A DNA stretch of 64,000 bases from Minisyncoccota bacterium (GTDB lineage: Bacteria; Patescibacteriota; Minisyncoccia; UBA6257), in contig JAQVJR010000001.1 of assembly GCA_028695015.1 (NCBI GenBank), positions 255,297 to 319,296 of the forward strand, read 5' to 3'. A program made the translations under genes and the position numbers. Below the pieces are notes generated by a model that worked only from the letters and a program-made list of their open reading frames with translations, made no database searches and was not told where the DNA came from. Shown in pieces: positions 39,891 through 49,462 of the stretch (its first letter is position 1; every line of letters starts with the position of its first letter).

Positions 39891-40243
39891 AATTTATGAA
39901 TTAAAGAATTAAAGATACTAAGAATCATTGAAGCAGCAAACCAAGTTAAAGGTAATTGAATTAGAAGTGAGGCAGTAAAACAGGTGACTAGCTTTAAGAT
40001 AATAATATTAATAACAAAAGAGAAAAGCCCAAGGGTTATCCAAATAAAAGGCAGGAAAATAAGTCTTAAGATAGGCTTGATAAAAAAATTAACTAACGTA
40101 ATAACTAAGGCTAATATTAATAACTGAGAAAAATCTCCCTGAAAATAAAAATCATTCAGTAAATTATTGAAAAGAGCTTGGCATAATAAAATCGCTAAAG
40201 AATTGAAAATTATGCCAAAGAAGATTTTTCTAAAAAAATTCAT
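39887..40243 (-). CDS. Hypothetical small polytopic membrane protein
   Basis: 118 aa, 3-4 TM helices. Stop overlaps the secG start. Confidence 0.3.
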   Translation of the reverse strand: MNFFRKIFFGIIFNSLAILLCQALFNNLLNDFYFQGDFSQLLILALVITLVNFFIKPILRLIFLPFIWITLGLFSFVINIIILKLVTCFTASLLIQLPLTWFAASMILSIFNSLIHKL

Positions 40244-40296
40244 TTAAAGAGAACTTTTAAAGTATACAGTAATAATTTTTAAAAGTCAAAAATTAA

Positions 40297-41928
40297 CTAT
40301 TTTTTAATATTTAATAAAGGTAATAGACTTTGGCCAGTCATTTCTGGGGGAATTGGCAAACCAAATAGTTCTAAGATAGTGGGAGCAACATCAGCAAGCA
40401 TGCCTCCAGCCCATCTTTCAATTTCTGCTATCTCTTTTTCTGTTCGTGGCGCAGAAAGCTTCCAACGAGAATCAATAAGATAAAAAGGAACTAAGCTTGC
40501 ATCATGTTCTGTTTCTATTTCGCCTGTAATAGGATTCATCATTCTTTCTAAGTTTCCATGGTCAGCAGTAATGATTGTAGTGTATTGAAGGTCTAGGCTT
40601 TTTTTAATTATTTTCCCTACTTCTTGGTCAATGATTTTAGCACATTCTATTCCTGATTTGATATTACCTGTATGGCCAATTAAATCAGGGCTAGCATAAT
40701 TAACCAAAATGAATTCATAAATATTTTCTTCAAAAGCTTGAATAAGGCGAGTACTGATTTCCAATGATTTTAAAGCGGGGTAATCTTCTAAGCGCAATGT
40801 TTTTATAGAAGGGATAATTACCCAATATTCCCCAGGAAAGGGTTTTTCTTTAAGGCAATTGAAGAAATAGGTAACATGAGCATATTTTTCTGTTTCTGCT
40901 AGGTGGAATTGTCTTTTGCCATATTGAGAAAGAATTTGTGATAAACAAGCAGTGACTTTTTGAGGTGGAAAAGCAACTTTTACTGGGAATTCTTTTTTAT
41001 ACTCAGTAAAGGTAGCAATTTTTAATCCTGGAATATTTTTAACAGGGAATTCTTTAAACTCAGGCATACTAAAAGCTTCTACTAATTGCCTCATCCTTTC
41101 TTCTCGAAAATTAAAAAATATTATACCATCGTTTTCTTTTATAAATCCTAAAGAATCTGGATTTTGATCTTCTTCAATAATAGCTGGGACAATAAATTCA
41201 TCAGTAATTCCTTCTTGATAACTTTCTTTAAGATAAACAAGTGGATCTTTTATTATCTTACCTTTGCCTTCAGTTAAAATATCATAGCTTTTAGCAATAC
41301 GGCTAAAATTTTGATCTCTATCCATAGCATAAAAACGACCAGCAATACTAGCAATTCTGCCCACATTCTTTTTTTTCATATCTTTCATTAATTGGGCTAC
41401 TAAATCCAAGGCTCTTTTTGGAGGAGAGTCTCTGCCATCAGTAAAAAGATGGAGGTTAACCTTAGATATCTTTAAAGAATTAGCTAAATCTAAAAGAGCT
41501 AATAGATGATTGTATGCACTATGGACAATATTCTCACTTAATAATCCAGCTAAATGCAAGGTGCTGTCATTTTCTTTTACATGATTGGCTACTTCTAAAA
41601 GAGCAGGATTTTGAAAAAAAGATCCATTTTCTATGCTTTGAGATATTCGAACTGAATATTGATATATTATTTGACCGCTGCCTAATGTTAGATGACCTAC
41701 TTCACTATTACCAGCTCGATTAAATGGTAAGCCAACTGCTATGCCAGATGCTTGAAGAGAAAGCATTGGGTAATATTTTTTTATTTTATCTAAATTAGGG
41801 GTGCCAGCTCGATAGATGGCATTAGTGAAATTTTTTTCTCCTATTCCCCAACCATCTAAAATTATTAAACAAATTTTTGAACAAAGACGAGGCATAAATT
41901 TAAAATTATTACCATTAGTATATCTCAT
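40297..41928 (-). CDS. gpmI: 2,3-bisphosphoglycerate-independent phosphoglycerate mutase
   Basis: ILDGWGIG N-terminal motif and ITADHGN metal-site motif. 543 aa. Confidence 0.85.
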   Translation of the reverse strand: MRYTNGNNFKFMPRLCSKICLIILDGWGIGEKNFTNAIYRAGTPNLDKIKKYYPMLSLQASGIAVGLPFNRAGNSEVGHLTLGSGQIIYQYSVRISQSIENGSFFQNPALLEVANHVKENDSTLHLAGLLSENIVHSAYNHLLALLDLANSLKISKVNLHLFTDGRDSPPKRALDLVAQLMKDMKKKNVGRIASIAGRFYAMDRDQNFSRIAKSYDILTEGKGKIIKDPLVYLKESYQEGITDEFIVPAIIEEDQNPDSLGFIKENDGIIFFNFREERMRQLVEAFSMPEFKEFPVKNIPGLKIATFTEYKKEFPVKVAFPPQKVTACLSQILSQYGKRQFHLAETEKYAHVTYFFNCLKEKPFPGEYWVIIPSIKTLRLEDYPALKSLEISTRLIQAFEENIYEFILVNYASPDLIGHTGNIKSGIECAKIIDQEVGKIIKKSLDLQYTTIITADHGNLERMMNPITGEIETEHDASLVPFYLIDSRWKLSAPRTEKEIAEIERWAGGMLADVAPTILELFGLPIPPEMTGQSLLPLLNIKK

Positions 41929-41948
41929 TTTCTAATTTTTGACAAAAG

Positions 41949-41977
41949 ATATTTTCTTGGCTATAATGATTACAATT
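41949..41977 (+). promoter_or_regulatory. Consensus sigma-70 promoter (TTGACA-17-TATAAT) about 300 nt upstream of rny
   Basis: TTGACAaaagatattttcttggcTATAAT. Followed by an ORF-free ~300-nt leader before the rny ATG at 42275. Confidence 0.55.
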
Positions 41978-42274
41978 AAGCCGCACTTATCTAATAACAG
42001 AAATCAAGGCTTAATGTTTCGTAAAGAATTTTAGTCTAAATTGGTACTATTAATTCTCTAGCAGAATAATTCTTGTAAAATAATGTTAAAGTTTATCTTT
42101 TTCTTTCTTAATTGGTTATTTATCTTTCAATTCTTTAGTTTAAGTAATAAAACAAGCTTAAAGAGTTTTTTATTGCTGAGTAATGAAAGAATAGTCAATT
42201 GATAGAGAAAGGAATTTGTTGATTTATTAAACAAGAAAATAGAGAATAATAGGCCTTAACTTAAATAATGGCTT

Positions 42275-43810
42275 ATGTTTAATTTTAATGTTTTTAATGT
42301 CTTTATTGGCATTGTATCTTTAAGTATTGGAGGTTTTCTAGGCTATATTATTCGTCAGAAAATCGCTCAAAAATCATCTGAATCAATTGAATCAAAATTA
42401 AAAACACGAATAGAAAAAGTTCGTGAAGAGGCAAAAAGTATTGTTTTAGAAGCTAGGGAAAAAGCAGCTCAAGTTTTAGAAGAAGCAGAAAAAGAGAAAA
42501 AAGCAAGAAAAACTTTATTAGACAAAACTGAATCTAGGTTATTGCAAAGAGAAGAATTATTAGATAAAAGGCATATTGAGCTTAGTGAAAAAGAAGAAGA
42601 AAATAAGCAGATATATGAGAAAATTCAGTTATTAAAAACAGAATTGGAAAAAATACAGAAAAATGAATTAGATCTATTAGAGAAAATTGCAAAACTTACT
42701 CAGAAAGAAGCAAAAGAAGAATTGATGAAAAAAATAGAAAAGGAAAACAGTGAAGAGGTTTTAAAAGCTCTAAAAAAGATAGAAGTTTCTAGGCAAGAGG
42801 AAATAGAGAAAAAAGCAAAAGAAATAATGATTGGAGCAATTCAGAAATACAGTCGTTCAAATGTTGGTGAAGTAACAACAAGTGTTATTAATTTATCATC
42901 AGAAGATATTAAAGGAAAGATAATTGGTCGTGAAGGTAGGAATATTCGTCATTTTGAAAAATTGTCTGGAGTAGAATTAATAATGGATGATTCTCCAAGC
43001 ACCATAGTGCTTTCAAGCTTTGATTCAGCAAGAAGAGAGATAGCTAAGGTTGCTTTAGAAAAATTAATTCAAGATGGACGTATTCAACCAGCAAAGATTG
43101 AAGAAAAGATAGCTGAGGCCCAAACAGAAGTTAGGGAAAGAATAAAAAAAGCTGGTGAAGATGCACTTTATGAAGTTGGTATCTTAGATTTACCTCAAGA
43201 ATTGGTTTATCTAGTAGGTAGATTGAATTTTAGGACAAGTTATGGGCAAAATGCTCTTACTCACTCAATAGAAGTTTCTTTATTAGCTGCAGCTTTAGCT
43301 TCAGAATTAGGAGCTGATATAGAAATATGTAAAAAAGCTGGTTTACTTCATGATATTGGTAAAGCAGTGGATCAAGAAATAGAAGGCACTCACTTAGAAT
43401 TAGGTAGGAGAATATTGATAAAATACAATATGCCAGAAGAAATTGTTAAAGCAATGCAATCCCATCATGATACTTATCCTATAGAAACCATAGAAGCTGC
43501 AATTGTAAATGCAGCTGATGCAATTTCAGCCTCAAGGCCTGGAGCTAGAAAAGACTCAATTGAGGCTTATCTTAAAAGATTAGCTAATTTAGAAGAAATT
43601 GCCTCTTCTTATGAAGGAGTGGAAAAAGTATATGCTATTTCTGCTGGCAGGGAAGTTAGGATTTTTGTTCAACCAGAAAAAATAGATGATTTAGGAGCTA
43701 TTAAATTGGCTAAGGAAATTGCCAATCGTCTAGAAGAAACCTTGAAATTCCCAGGAGAAATAAAAGTTACAGTAATTAGAGAAACGAGGGTAGTAGAGGT
43801 AGCGAGATAA
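42275..43810 (+). CDS. rny: Ribonuclease Y
   Basis: N-terminal TM, coiled coil, KH domain (GREGRNIRHFEKLSG) and HD domain (LLHDIGKA). Confidence 0.85.
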   Translation: MFNFNVFNVFIGIVSLSIGGFLGYIIRQKIAQKSSESIESKLKTRIEKVREEAKSIVLEAREKAAQVLEEAEKEKKARKTLLDKTESRLLQREELLDKRHIELSEKEEENKQIYEKIQLLKTELEKIQKNELDLLEKIAKLTQKEAKEELMKKIEKENSEEVLKALKKIEVSRQEEIEKKAKEIMIGAIQKYSRSNVGEVTTSVINLSSEDIKGKIIGREGRNIRHFEKLSGVELIMDDSPSTIVLSSFDSARREIAKVALEKLIQDGRIQPAKIEEKIAEAQTEVRERIKKAGEDALYEVGILDLPQELVYLVGRLNFRTSYGQNALTHSIEVSLLAAALASELGADIEICKKAGLLHDIGKAVDQEIEGTHLELGRRILIKYNMPEEIVKAMQSHHDTYPIETIEAAIVNAADAISASRPGARKDSIEAYLKRLANLEEIASSYEGVEKVYAISAGREVRIFVQPEKIDDLGAIKLAKEIANRLEETLKFPGEIKVTVIRETRVVEVAR

Positions 43811-43943
43811 AAACCCTTTACTAAAAGGTTTTACTTTACTTAATTCTTTTGATATAATAAAGAGAATCAAATATTAACTAAAAAGGTCGACCCCCTTTTA
43901 AATAACTTTCATTTAAAAGGAACATTTGTAAAAAATAAATATT

Positions 43944-44216
43944 ATGACAAAAGAAGGATTAATTGAAGCTATTGTTAATAAAATAGGTTGTTCTAAAAAA
44001 GACGCTGCTGAAGCTTTAGAGGCTATCTTAGATACTATTACTAAGGCCTTAGTTTCAGGAGATACGGTTACCGTTACTGGTTTTGGCACTTTTTCTGCTA
44101 GAAAAAGAGCTGCTCGTCAAGGAGTTAATCCTAAAACCGGTGAAAGAATCCAAATTCCAGCTATGACTGTCCCTAAGTTTAAAGCGGGAAAAGGATTAAA
44201 AGATGCAGTAAGATAA
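43944..44216 (+). CDS. hup: DNA-binding protein HU
   Basis: 90 aa, GFGTFSARKRAARQGVNPKTGE arm motif. Confidence 0.85.
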   Translation: MTKEGLIEAIVNKIGCSKKDAAEALEAILDTITKALVSGDTVTVTGFGTFSARKRAARQGVNPKTGERIQIPAMTVPKFKAGKGLKDAVR

Positions 44217-44237
44217 TAAAGGATTATTCTTTGAATT

Positions 44238-44268
44238 TTAAAATCCCAGCTGAAAAAGCTGGGATTTT
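44238..44268. terminator. Bidirectional intrinsic terminator (perfect palindrome)
   Basis: AAAATCCCAGC-TGAAAAA-GCTGGGATTTT between convergent hup and the S1-like gene. Confidence 0.7.
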
Positions 44269-44285
44269 GCTTATTAATTTAGGGT

Positions 44286-45092
44286 TTAGAGATTTTTCAA
44301 AGACAGGGAGATTTTATTGTTTTCAGTAGAGATTATCCTTGCTTCTTTAATCTCTCCTTCTTTTAAAATCTTATCAATATCTTCTGGGGCTGGAGCTGGG
44401 TCTGAAATCTCTGAAAGATGGATTAATCCGTCAATTCCTGAATCTTCTAATTTTACAAAAGCACCAAAATCAACAATTTTTGTAATTTTTACCTTAACTT
44501 TATCTTCTACTTGATAGTTTTTAATAATATTTTTTAACTTATCTTTTTCAACTAACTTTTCTGAAAGGATTAGCTTGTTTGTTGCTTGATCAAAGTCTAA
44601 AACCTTTACTTGAATCTCTTTACCAATAAGAGTTTTTAATTTTTCTAAAATCTCAGACTTTTTTCCTTGCTCAACTTTAGGATAATGCTCAGCTGCTAAT
44701 TGAGAAGCAGGTAAAAATCCTTTAATGCTTTCTGTTTTACCCATTAAGCCTCCAGTATTAGCTTCAAGAATTACAAAAGGAAAGCTTTCATTTTTATTCT
44801 TAAGTTCTTTTATAGTTTCCCACGATTTCTTTCGTTCAAGATTTTCTAAAGACAGTTCAATAAAACCTTCTTCATTATTCCAATCAATGATTTTAACAAA
44901 AACTTTATCTTCAGGAGAAAGGCTTTTAATATAATCTCTAGATTCAAGGAATTCTGGCCCTTGAATAATACCAGTGCCATAAGGAGAAAGATCTATAATT
45001 AAAGATTTTTCTTTTTTTCCTAAAATTACCCCTTCTAAAAGAGAACCAATAAGGGGCAATGAGATTGAGTTGTTTTTTTTCAGTAAAGTCAT
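44286..45092 (-). CDS. S1 RNA-binding domain protein (short ribosomal protein S1-like)
   Basis: Repeated S1-like segments (KVKVKITKIVDFGAFVKLEDSGIDGLIHLSE). Start set at ATG 45092 (MTLLKK) so it does not overlap the tRNA exon. Confidence 0.5.
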   Translation of the reverse strand: MTLLKKNNSISLPLIGSLLEGVILGKKEKSLIIDLSPYGTGIIQGPEFLESRDYIKSLSPEDKVFVKIIDWNNEEGFIELSLENLERKKSWETIKELKNKNESFPFVILEANTGGLMGKTESIKGFLPASQLAAEHYPKVEQGKKSEILEKLKTLIGKEIQVKVLDFDQATNKLILSEKLVEKDKLKNIIKNYQVEDKVKVKITKIVDFGAFVKLEDSGIDGLIHLSEISDPAPAPEDIDKILKEGEIKEARIISTENNKISLSLKNL

Positions 45093-45129
45093 ATGATTAA
45101 AACTTAAAAATATCAATAGTTTTTTAAAG

Positions 45130-45438
45130 TGCCGAGGCGGTGAATCGAACACCGGACGCTTTGCTCTTCCGAATATTCTCTAAATTACTTTAGAGTTTGG
45201 ACTATATCATCACCCTATTTATAGGGGCTGGGCGCTTTGAAGCAAATATTTACTTGCCCCTACTCTTAAAAAAGATAGTCTCTACACCTCCCTATTTGAA
45301 AATTAATTCAATTAGGTTTGGCTCGGAATTGCCCAAGACAATATTTGGGTTTTTCCGATTTCACCCAGTTTGCAATCCATATTACTATGGAATGGCCCAA
45401 AGATTTAGGCAAACGCTCTACCACTGAGCTACCTCGGC
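45130..45438 (-). tRNA. Intron-containing tRNA gene, most likely tRNA-Phe(GAA); exons 45407..45438 and 45130..45169
   Basis: 5' exon (reverse complement) GCCGAGGTAGCTCAGTGGTAGAGCGTTTGCCT. 3' exon GAAGAGCAAAGCGTCCGGTGTTCGATTCACCGCCTCGGCA. Joined, they give a 72-nt tRNA with anticodon stem TTTGC/GCAAA and loop CTGAAGA, plus U20, a GCGUC variable loop and A73 as in tRNA-Phe. Confidence 0.7.
45170..45406 (-). ncRNA. Group I self-splicing intron (IC3-like) in the tRNA anticodon loop between U33 and G34
   Basis: Exon ends in U and intron ends in G. P1: exon GCCU pairs with intron GGGC. P10: 3' exon GAAG pairs with intron CUUU just 5' of the IGS. P2: CCATA-GTAA-TATGG. P7: AGACTAT...ATAGTC. P9: CTCTAAA-GTAA-TTTAGAG. 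GGTGTAGAGACTA and CCGAGCCAAACC blocks match Azoarcus/Anabaena-type tRNA introns. Confidence 0.7.
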
Positions 45439-45545
45439 TTAATATTAAATAAAAAGTTTAGATAACTTTTATTTAATCTTCTATTTTATTATAAAGGTTT
45501 GTGCTGTCTATTCTATCTTATTATTGAAATAAAATCAATTATTAG

Positions 45546-45619
45546 TGGGCAGTATAGGATTCGAACCTATGACCTCATGAATGTAAGTCATGCGCTCTAA
45601 CCAGCTGAGCTAACTGCCC
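45546..45619 (-). tRNA. tRNA-Val(UAC)
   Basis: Reverse complement: acceptor GGGCAGT/ACTGCCC, anticodon stem CATGA/TCATG, loop CTTACAT. Confidence 0.8.
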
Positions 45620-45632
45620 TGTAATTGACAAG

Positions 45633-45705
45633 TGGACCCGAGGGGACTCGAACCCCTGACCTCTACTATGCCATAGTAGCGCTCTACCAACTAAGCTACG
45701 GGCCC
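45633..45705 (-). tRNA. tRNA-Ala(GGC)
   Basis: Reverse complement: acceptor GGGCCCG/CGGGTCC with the G3-U70 Ala identity pair, anticodon loop ATGGCAT. Confidence 0.8.
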
Positions 45706-45799
45706 TTTGTTTGTTAAGCTTACCAACTTTCATTTAATTTTTCAAGAAATATCTTTTTCTTTTTAATGAAGAATGTGATAAGATTTATTTATTAAAACT

Positions 45800-46651
45800 A
45801 TGAAACTTTCTCAAAAAGAAATTGAAAAAATATCTGTTCAAATTCGTGAAGAAGTTATCAAGATGATTTTGAAAGCAGGCTCTGGCCATTGCGCTGGTCC
45901 TTTAGGTGCAGTTGAATTATATACTTCTTTGTATCTTAGTGGCATTTTAAAACATGATCCTCAAAACCCTGATTGGGAAGATAGAGATAGGGTAGTGGTT
46001 TCTAATGGGCATTATGCACCTTTAGTTTATGCTATCTTAGCTGAGGCAGGGTATTTTTCTAAAGAAAAATTAAAAACTTTAAGAAAATTAGGCAGTCAAT
46101 TACAAGGTCATACATATCGTTTATCTTTACCAGGAATTGAAACCTCATCAGGGCCAGTAGGTGAAGGACTATCTCAAGCTGTAGGCATGGCCTTAGGGGC
46201 AAAATTAGATGAAAAGAAATACCAGGTTTATTGTTTTATGGGTGATGGGGAACAAGATTGTGGTAATACTTGGGAAGCTATAATGGCGGCTAATAAATAT
46301 CAATTAGATAATTTAACGGCGATTATAGATAGAAATAATATTCAAATAGATGGATTTACAGAAAAGGTAATGCCTTTAGAGCCTTTAAAAGAAAAATATG
46401 AATCTTTTGGTTGGAAAGTCTTAGAAGTTGATGGTCATAATATTTCAGAAATCATTAAAGCTTTTCAGGCTTCAAAATCTATCTTTGTTAAACCAGTAGT
46501 GATTATTGCGCATACAATTCCTGGAAAAGGGATTGACTTTATGCAATGGGAATATGAATGGCATGGCAGGGTTCCTGATTCTCATCAAGCAGAAATGGCT
46601 TTGCAGCAATTAAGAAATTTAAAAGGTAAAATTAAATCAGAATTAGATTAA
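45800..46651 (+). CDS. Transketolase, N-terminal (TPP-binding) subunit
   Basis: GSGHCAGPLG and GDGE TPP-binding motifs. 283 aa split form. Confidence 0.8.
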   Translation: MKLSQKEIEKISVQIREEVIKMILKAGSGHCAGPLGAVELYTSLYLSGILKHDPQNPDWEDRDRVVVSNGHYAPLVYAILAEAGYFSKEKLKTLRKLGSQLQGHTYRLSLPGIETSSGPVGEGLSQAVGMALGAKLDEKKYQVYCFMGDGEQDCGNTWEAIMAANKYQLDNLTAIIDRNNIQIDGFTEKVMPLEPLKEKYESFGWKVLEVDGHNISEIIKAFQASKSIFVKPVVIIAHTIPGKGIDFMQWEYEWHGRVPDSHQAEMALQQLRNLKGKIKSELD

Positions 46652-46660
46652 TTTAAATTT

Positions 46661-47662
46661 ATGCTTAACCCAGAGATTCAATTTAATCCTAAAATCTTTA
46701 CTAAAGAAATAGAAAAAATTTCTCCTCGTGATGGGTTTGGAGAAGGTTTAGTTTTAGCTGGAGAGATGGATAAAAGAGTAGTTGCTTTAAGCGCTGATGT
46801 GACTGAATCAGTGAGGATGCATTTGTTTAAAAGTCGTTTTCCAGAAAGATTTTTTCAATTAGGTATTGCTGAACAAAATATGATTGGCATAGCATCTGGA
46901 TTAGCAGCCACTAATAAAATACCAGTAGTTGGTAGTTATGCGGCTTTTTCTCCTGGTAGGAATTGGGAACAAATCAGAACTACGGTTTGTTATAACAAAC
47001 AAAAAGTAATTTTAATTGGTTCTCATAGCGGATTAAATGCAGGGCCTGATGGAGCTACTCATCAGGCTTTGGAAGACATTGGTTTAATGAGAGTATTGCC
47101 TAATATGTCAGTTATTATTCCAGCAGATTCTTTAGAAGCGCGTAAAGCGATCTTAGCTGCTGTTAAATATCCTGATTCTATTTATATCCGTTTACCACGG
47201 GAAAAATCTCCTGTTTTTACTACTGAACAAAGTGTTTTTGAGATTGGAAAATCCCAGGTTTTATGGTTGCCTGAAAAAGAAGAACAATTTTCTGGAATTA
47301 CAATTTTTGTTTGTGGCTATTTAGTTTATGCTGCCTTAGAAGCAGCTAAGGAATTAGAATCAGAAGGGATTTTAATAACTGTTATTAATAATTCTTCAAT
47401 CAAGCCTTTAGATACAGAACTTGTATTAAAATGGGCTCAAAAATCAAAAGCAATTATTACTCTAGAGGAGCATCAAATAGCTACTGGTATGGGTTCAGCT
47501 ATTGCTGAGTTTTTAAGTGAAACACATCCTTTACCAATTAAATTTATGGGCGTTAAGGACCAATTTGGTGAAAGCGGTCAGGCAGAAGAATTAATAGAAA
47601 AATATGGTCTTGATAAAAAAGCAATTAAACGGACAGTTAAAGAATTATTAAGAAATCTATAA
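46661..47662 (+). CDS. Transketolase, C-terminal (pyrimidine-binding) subunit
   Basis: GIAEQNMIG...GSHSGL...GATHQ motifs. 333 aa. Confidence 0.8.
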   Translation: MLNPEIQFNPKIFTKEIEKISPRDGFGEGLVLAGEMDKRVVALSADVTESVRMHLFKSRFPERFFQLGIAEQNMIGIASGLAATNKIPVVGSYAAFSPGRNWEQIRTTVCYNKQKVILIGSHSGLNAGPDGATHQALEDIGLMRVLPNMSVIIPADSLEARKAILAAVKYPDSIYIRLPREKSPVFTTEQSVFEIGKSQVLWLPEKEEQFSGITIFVCGYLVYAALEAAKELESEGILITVINNSSIKPLDTELVLKWAQKSKAIITLEEHQIATGMGSAIAEFLSETHPLPIKFMGVKDQFGESGQAEELIEKYGLDKKAIKRTVKELLRNL

Positions 47663-47685
47663 TTTGATTTTTAATTTATATTATT

Positions 47686-48678
47686 ATGTTTGATATTGTT
47701 ACAATCGGATCAGCAACTCGTGATGGGTTTTTTAAAGATATTGATTTTCTGCCTGTTGAGGGAAAATGTTTTATGACCAATCAGGGAATTTGTCTTCCCT
47801 TAGGAGCTAAGATGCAAGTACCACAGGTATATTTTCTTACTGGAGGTAGTGCTACTAATACTGCTGTAAGTTTTGCTCGTCAAGGATTAAAAACCGCTGT
47901 TATTAGTCGTATTGGCAATGATGTTTCTGGAGAAACCATTATTAGGGAATTAAAAAAAGAAAAGATTAATACAGATTTTATTCAAAGAGATAAATTAAGC
48001 CCTACTGCTTATTCAGTAATTTTCTTAATGCCTTGCGGAGAAAGAACAATTCTTTCTTATAAAGGCTGTGCAGAAAAATTATCTTTTAAAGAAATTCCTT
48101 GGAATAAGATAAAAACTCAATGGATTTGTATTGGGTCTTTAGGAAAAGAAAAAAACATTTTAAAAAAGATTATTGAATTTGCAATTTCTAAAAATATCAA
48201 ATTAGCTATTAATCCTGGTTGGCAAGAATTAATTTGGCTTAAAGAACATTCTAAATGGATAGATAAATTTGAGATATTTATATGCAATCAAGAAGAAGCC
48301 GCGTATTTTACTGATATTCCTTATACAAAAGAAAAACATATTTTTAAAAAATTAGATGATTTAGTTAAAGGTATAGCAGTAATGACAAAAGGAAAAAATG
48401 GTTCAGTGATTTCTAATGGAGAGAATATATGGAAAGCAGGGGTTTTTCATCAAAAAGCAATTGATGCTACCGGAGCTGGAGATGCATTTACTTCAGGATT
48501 TATTTCTGTTTTTATTAGGAATAAGAAGATTAATAATAAAGTTATTGAAGAGGCAATTCGAGTTGGAAATGCTAATGCTACTTCAGTTATAGAACATATT
48601 GGCACCAAGCAGGGGATTTTATATAAAAAAGATTTAAAGAAAAGAAAGTTTCAAAATTTAGAAATAAAAAATATTTAA
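47686..48678 (+). CDS. PfkB-family carbohydrate/nucleoside kinase (ribokinase-like)
   Basis: C-terminal DATGAGDAF anion-hole motif and N-terminal GG dipeptide region. Confidence 0.7.
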   Translation: MFDIVTIGSATRDGFFKDIDFLPVEGKCFMTNQGICLPLGAKMQVPQVYFLTGGSATNTAVSFARQGLKTAVISRIGNDVSGETIIRELKKEKINTDFIQRDKLSPTAYSVIFLMPCGERTILSYKGCAEKLSFKEIPWNKIKTQWICIGSLGKEKNILKKIIEFAISKNIKLAINPGWQELIWLKEHSKWIDKFEIFICNQEEAAYFTDIPYTKEKHIFKKLDDLVKGIAVMTKGKNGSVISNGENIWKAGVFHQKAIDATGAGDAFTSGFISVFIRNKKINNKVIEEAIRVGNANATSVIEHIGTKQGILYKKDLKKRKFQNLEIKNI

Positions 48679-48690
48679 TAAGATAAAATT

Positions 48691-49452
48691 ATGGATAATA
48701 AATTCATTCAACCATTTTTAAAAAACAATAAAGCTTTGTTATTAGCTTATGACCATGGAATGGAACTTGGCCCAGAGGCTTTAATTGGTCAAAGCATGGA
48801 CCCAGAATATATCTTAGATTTAGCAGTTAAAGGTGGTTATACTGGAATTATTTTACAAAAAGGCATTGGAGAAAAATATTATTGGAATAGTAAATATCAA
48901 AAGATAATTCCTTTAATATTGAAAATCAATGGCAAGACTAATATTGTACCTAAAAAAGATCCATGCTCTGCTATTACTTGTTCTGTTGAATATGCAAGAA
49001 AACTAGGCGCTAAGGCAGTGGGCTATACTATTTATTTAGGCAGTAGCCAGGAAGCAAAAATGTTATCTGAGTTTGGGCAAATTCAAGAAAAAGCTCATCA
49101 ATTAAATATGGCGGCAATTGCTTGGATGTATTTAAGAGGTTCTTCTATAGAAAATGAATATGACCCTAATTTAATTACTTATGCTGCTAGAATTGGGTTA
49201 GAATTAGGTGCTGATATGATAAAAATTAAATATTCTGGTTCTGAAGAATCATTTAGAAAAGTAGTCGAAGCAGCAGGAAAAACAAAAGTTGTTTTATCAG
49301 GAGGGCCACAATTAGAAGAAGAAAAGTTTTTAGAAATAATAAAATCAATTAATAATGCTGGGGCTACAGGAATTGCAGTTGGCAGAAATGTTTTTCAACA
49401 TCAGAATCCTTTAGAGATAACAGAGAAAATTAAAAAAATACTATTTTCTTAA
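48691..49452 (+). CDS. Class I aldolase of the DhnA/FbaB (archaeal-type) family
   Basis: LAYDHG N-terminal motif and IKIKY Schiff-base lysine region. 253 aa. Confidence 0.6.
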   Translation: MDNKFIQPFLKNNKALLLAYDHGMELGPEALIGQSMDPEYILDLAVKGGYTGIILQKGIGEKYYWNSKYQKIIPLILKINGKTNIVPKKDPCSAITCSVEYARKLGAKAVGYTIYLGSSQEAKMLSEFGQIQEKAHQLNMAAIAWMYLRGSSIENEYDPNLITYAARIGLELGADMIKIKYSGSEESFRKVVEAAGKTKVVLSGGPQLEEEKFLEIIKSINNAGATGIAVGRNVFQHQNPLEITEKIKKILFS

Positions 49453-49462
49453 GATAAATAAA

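Noticed and set aside
45197-45427. 76-aa plus-strand ORF
   Set aside because: It lies entirely within the group I intron and tRNA exon on the opposite strand. No start context or homology.
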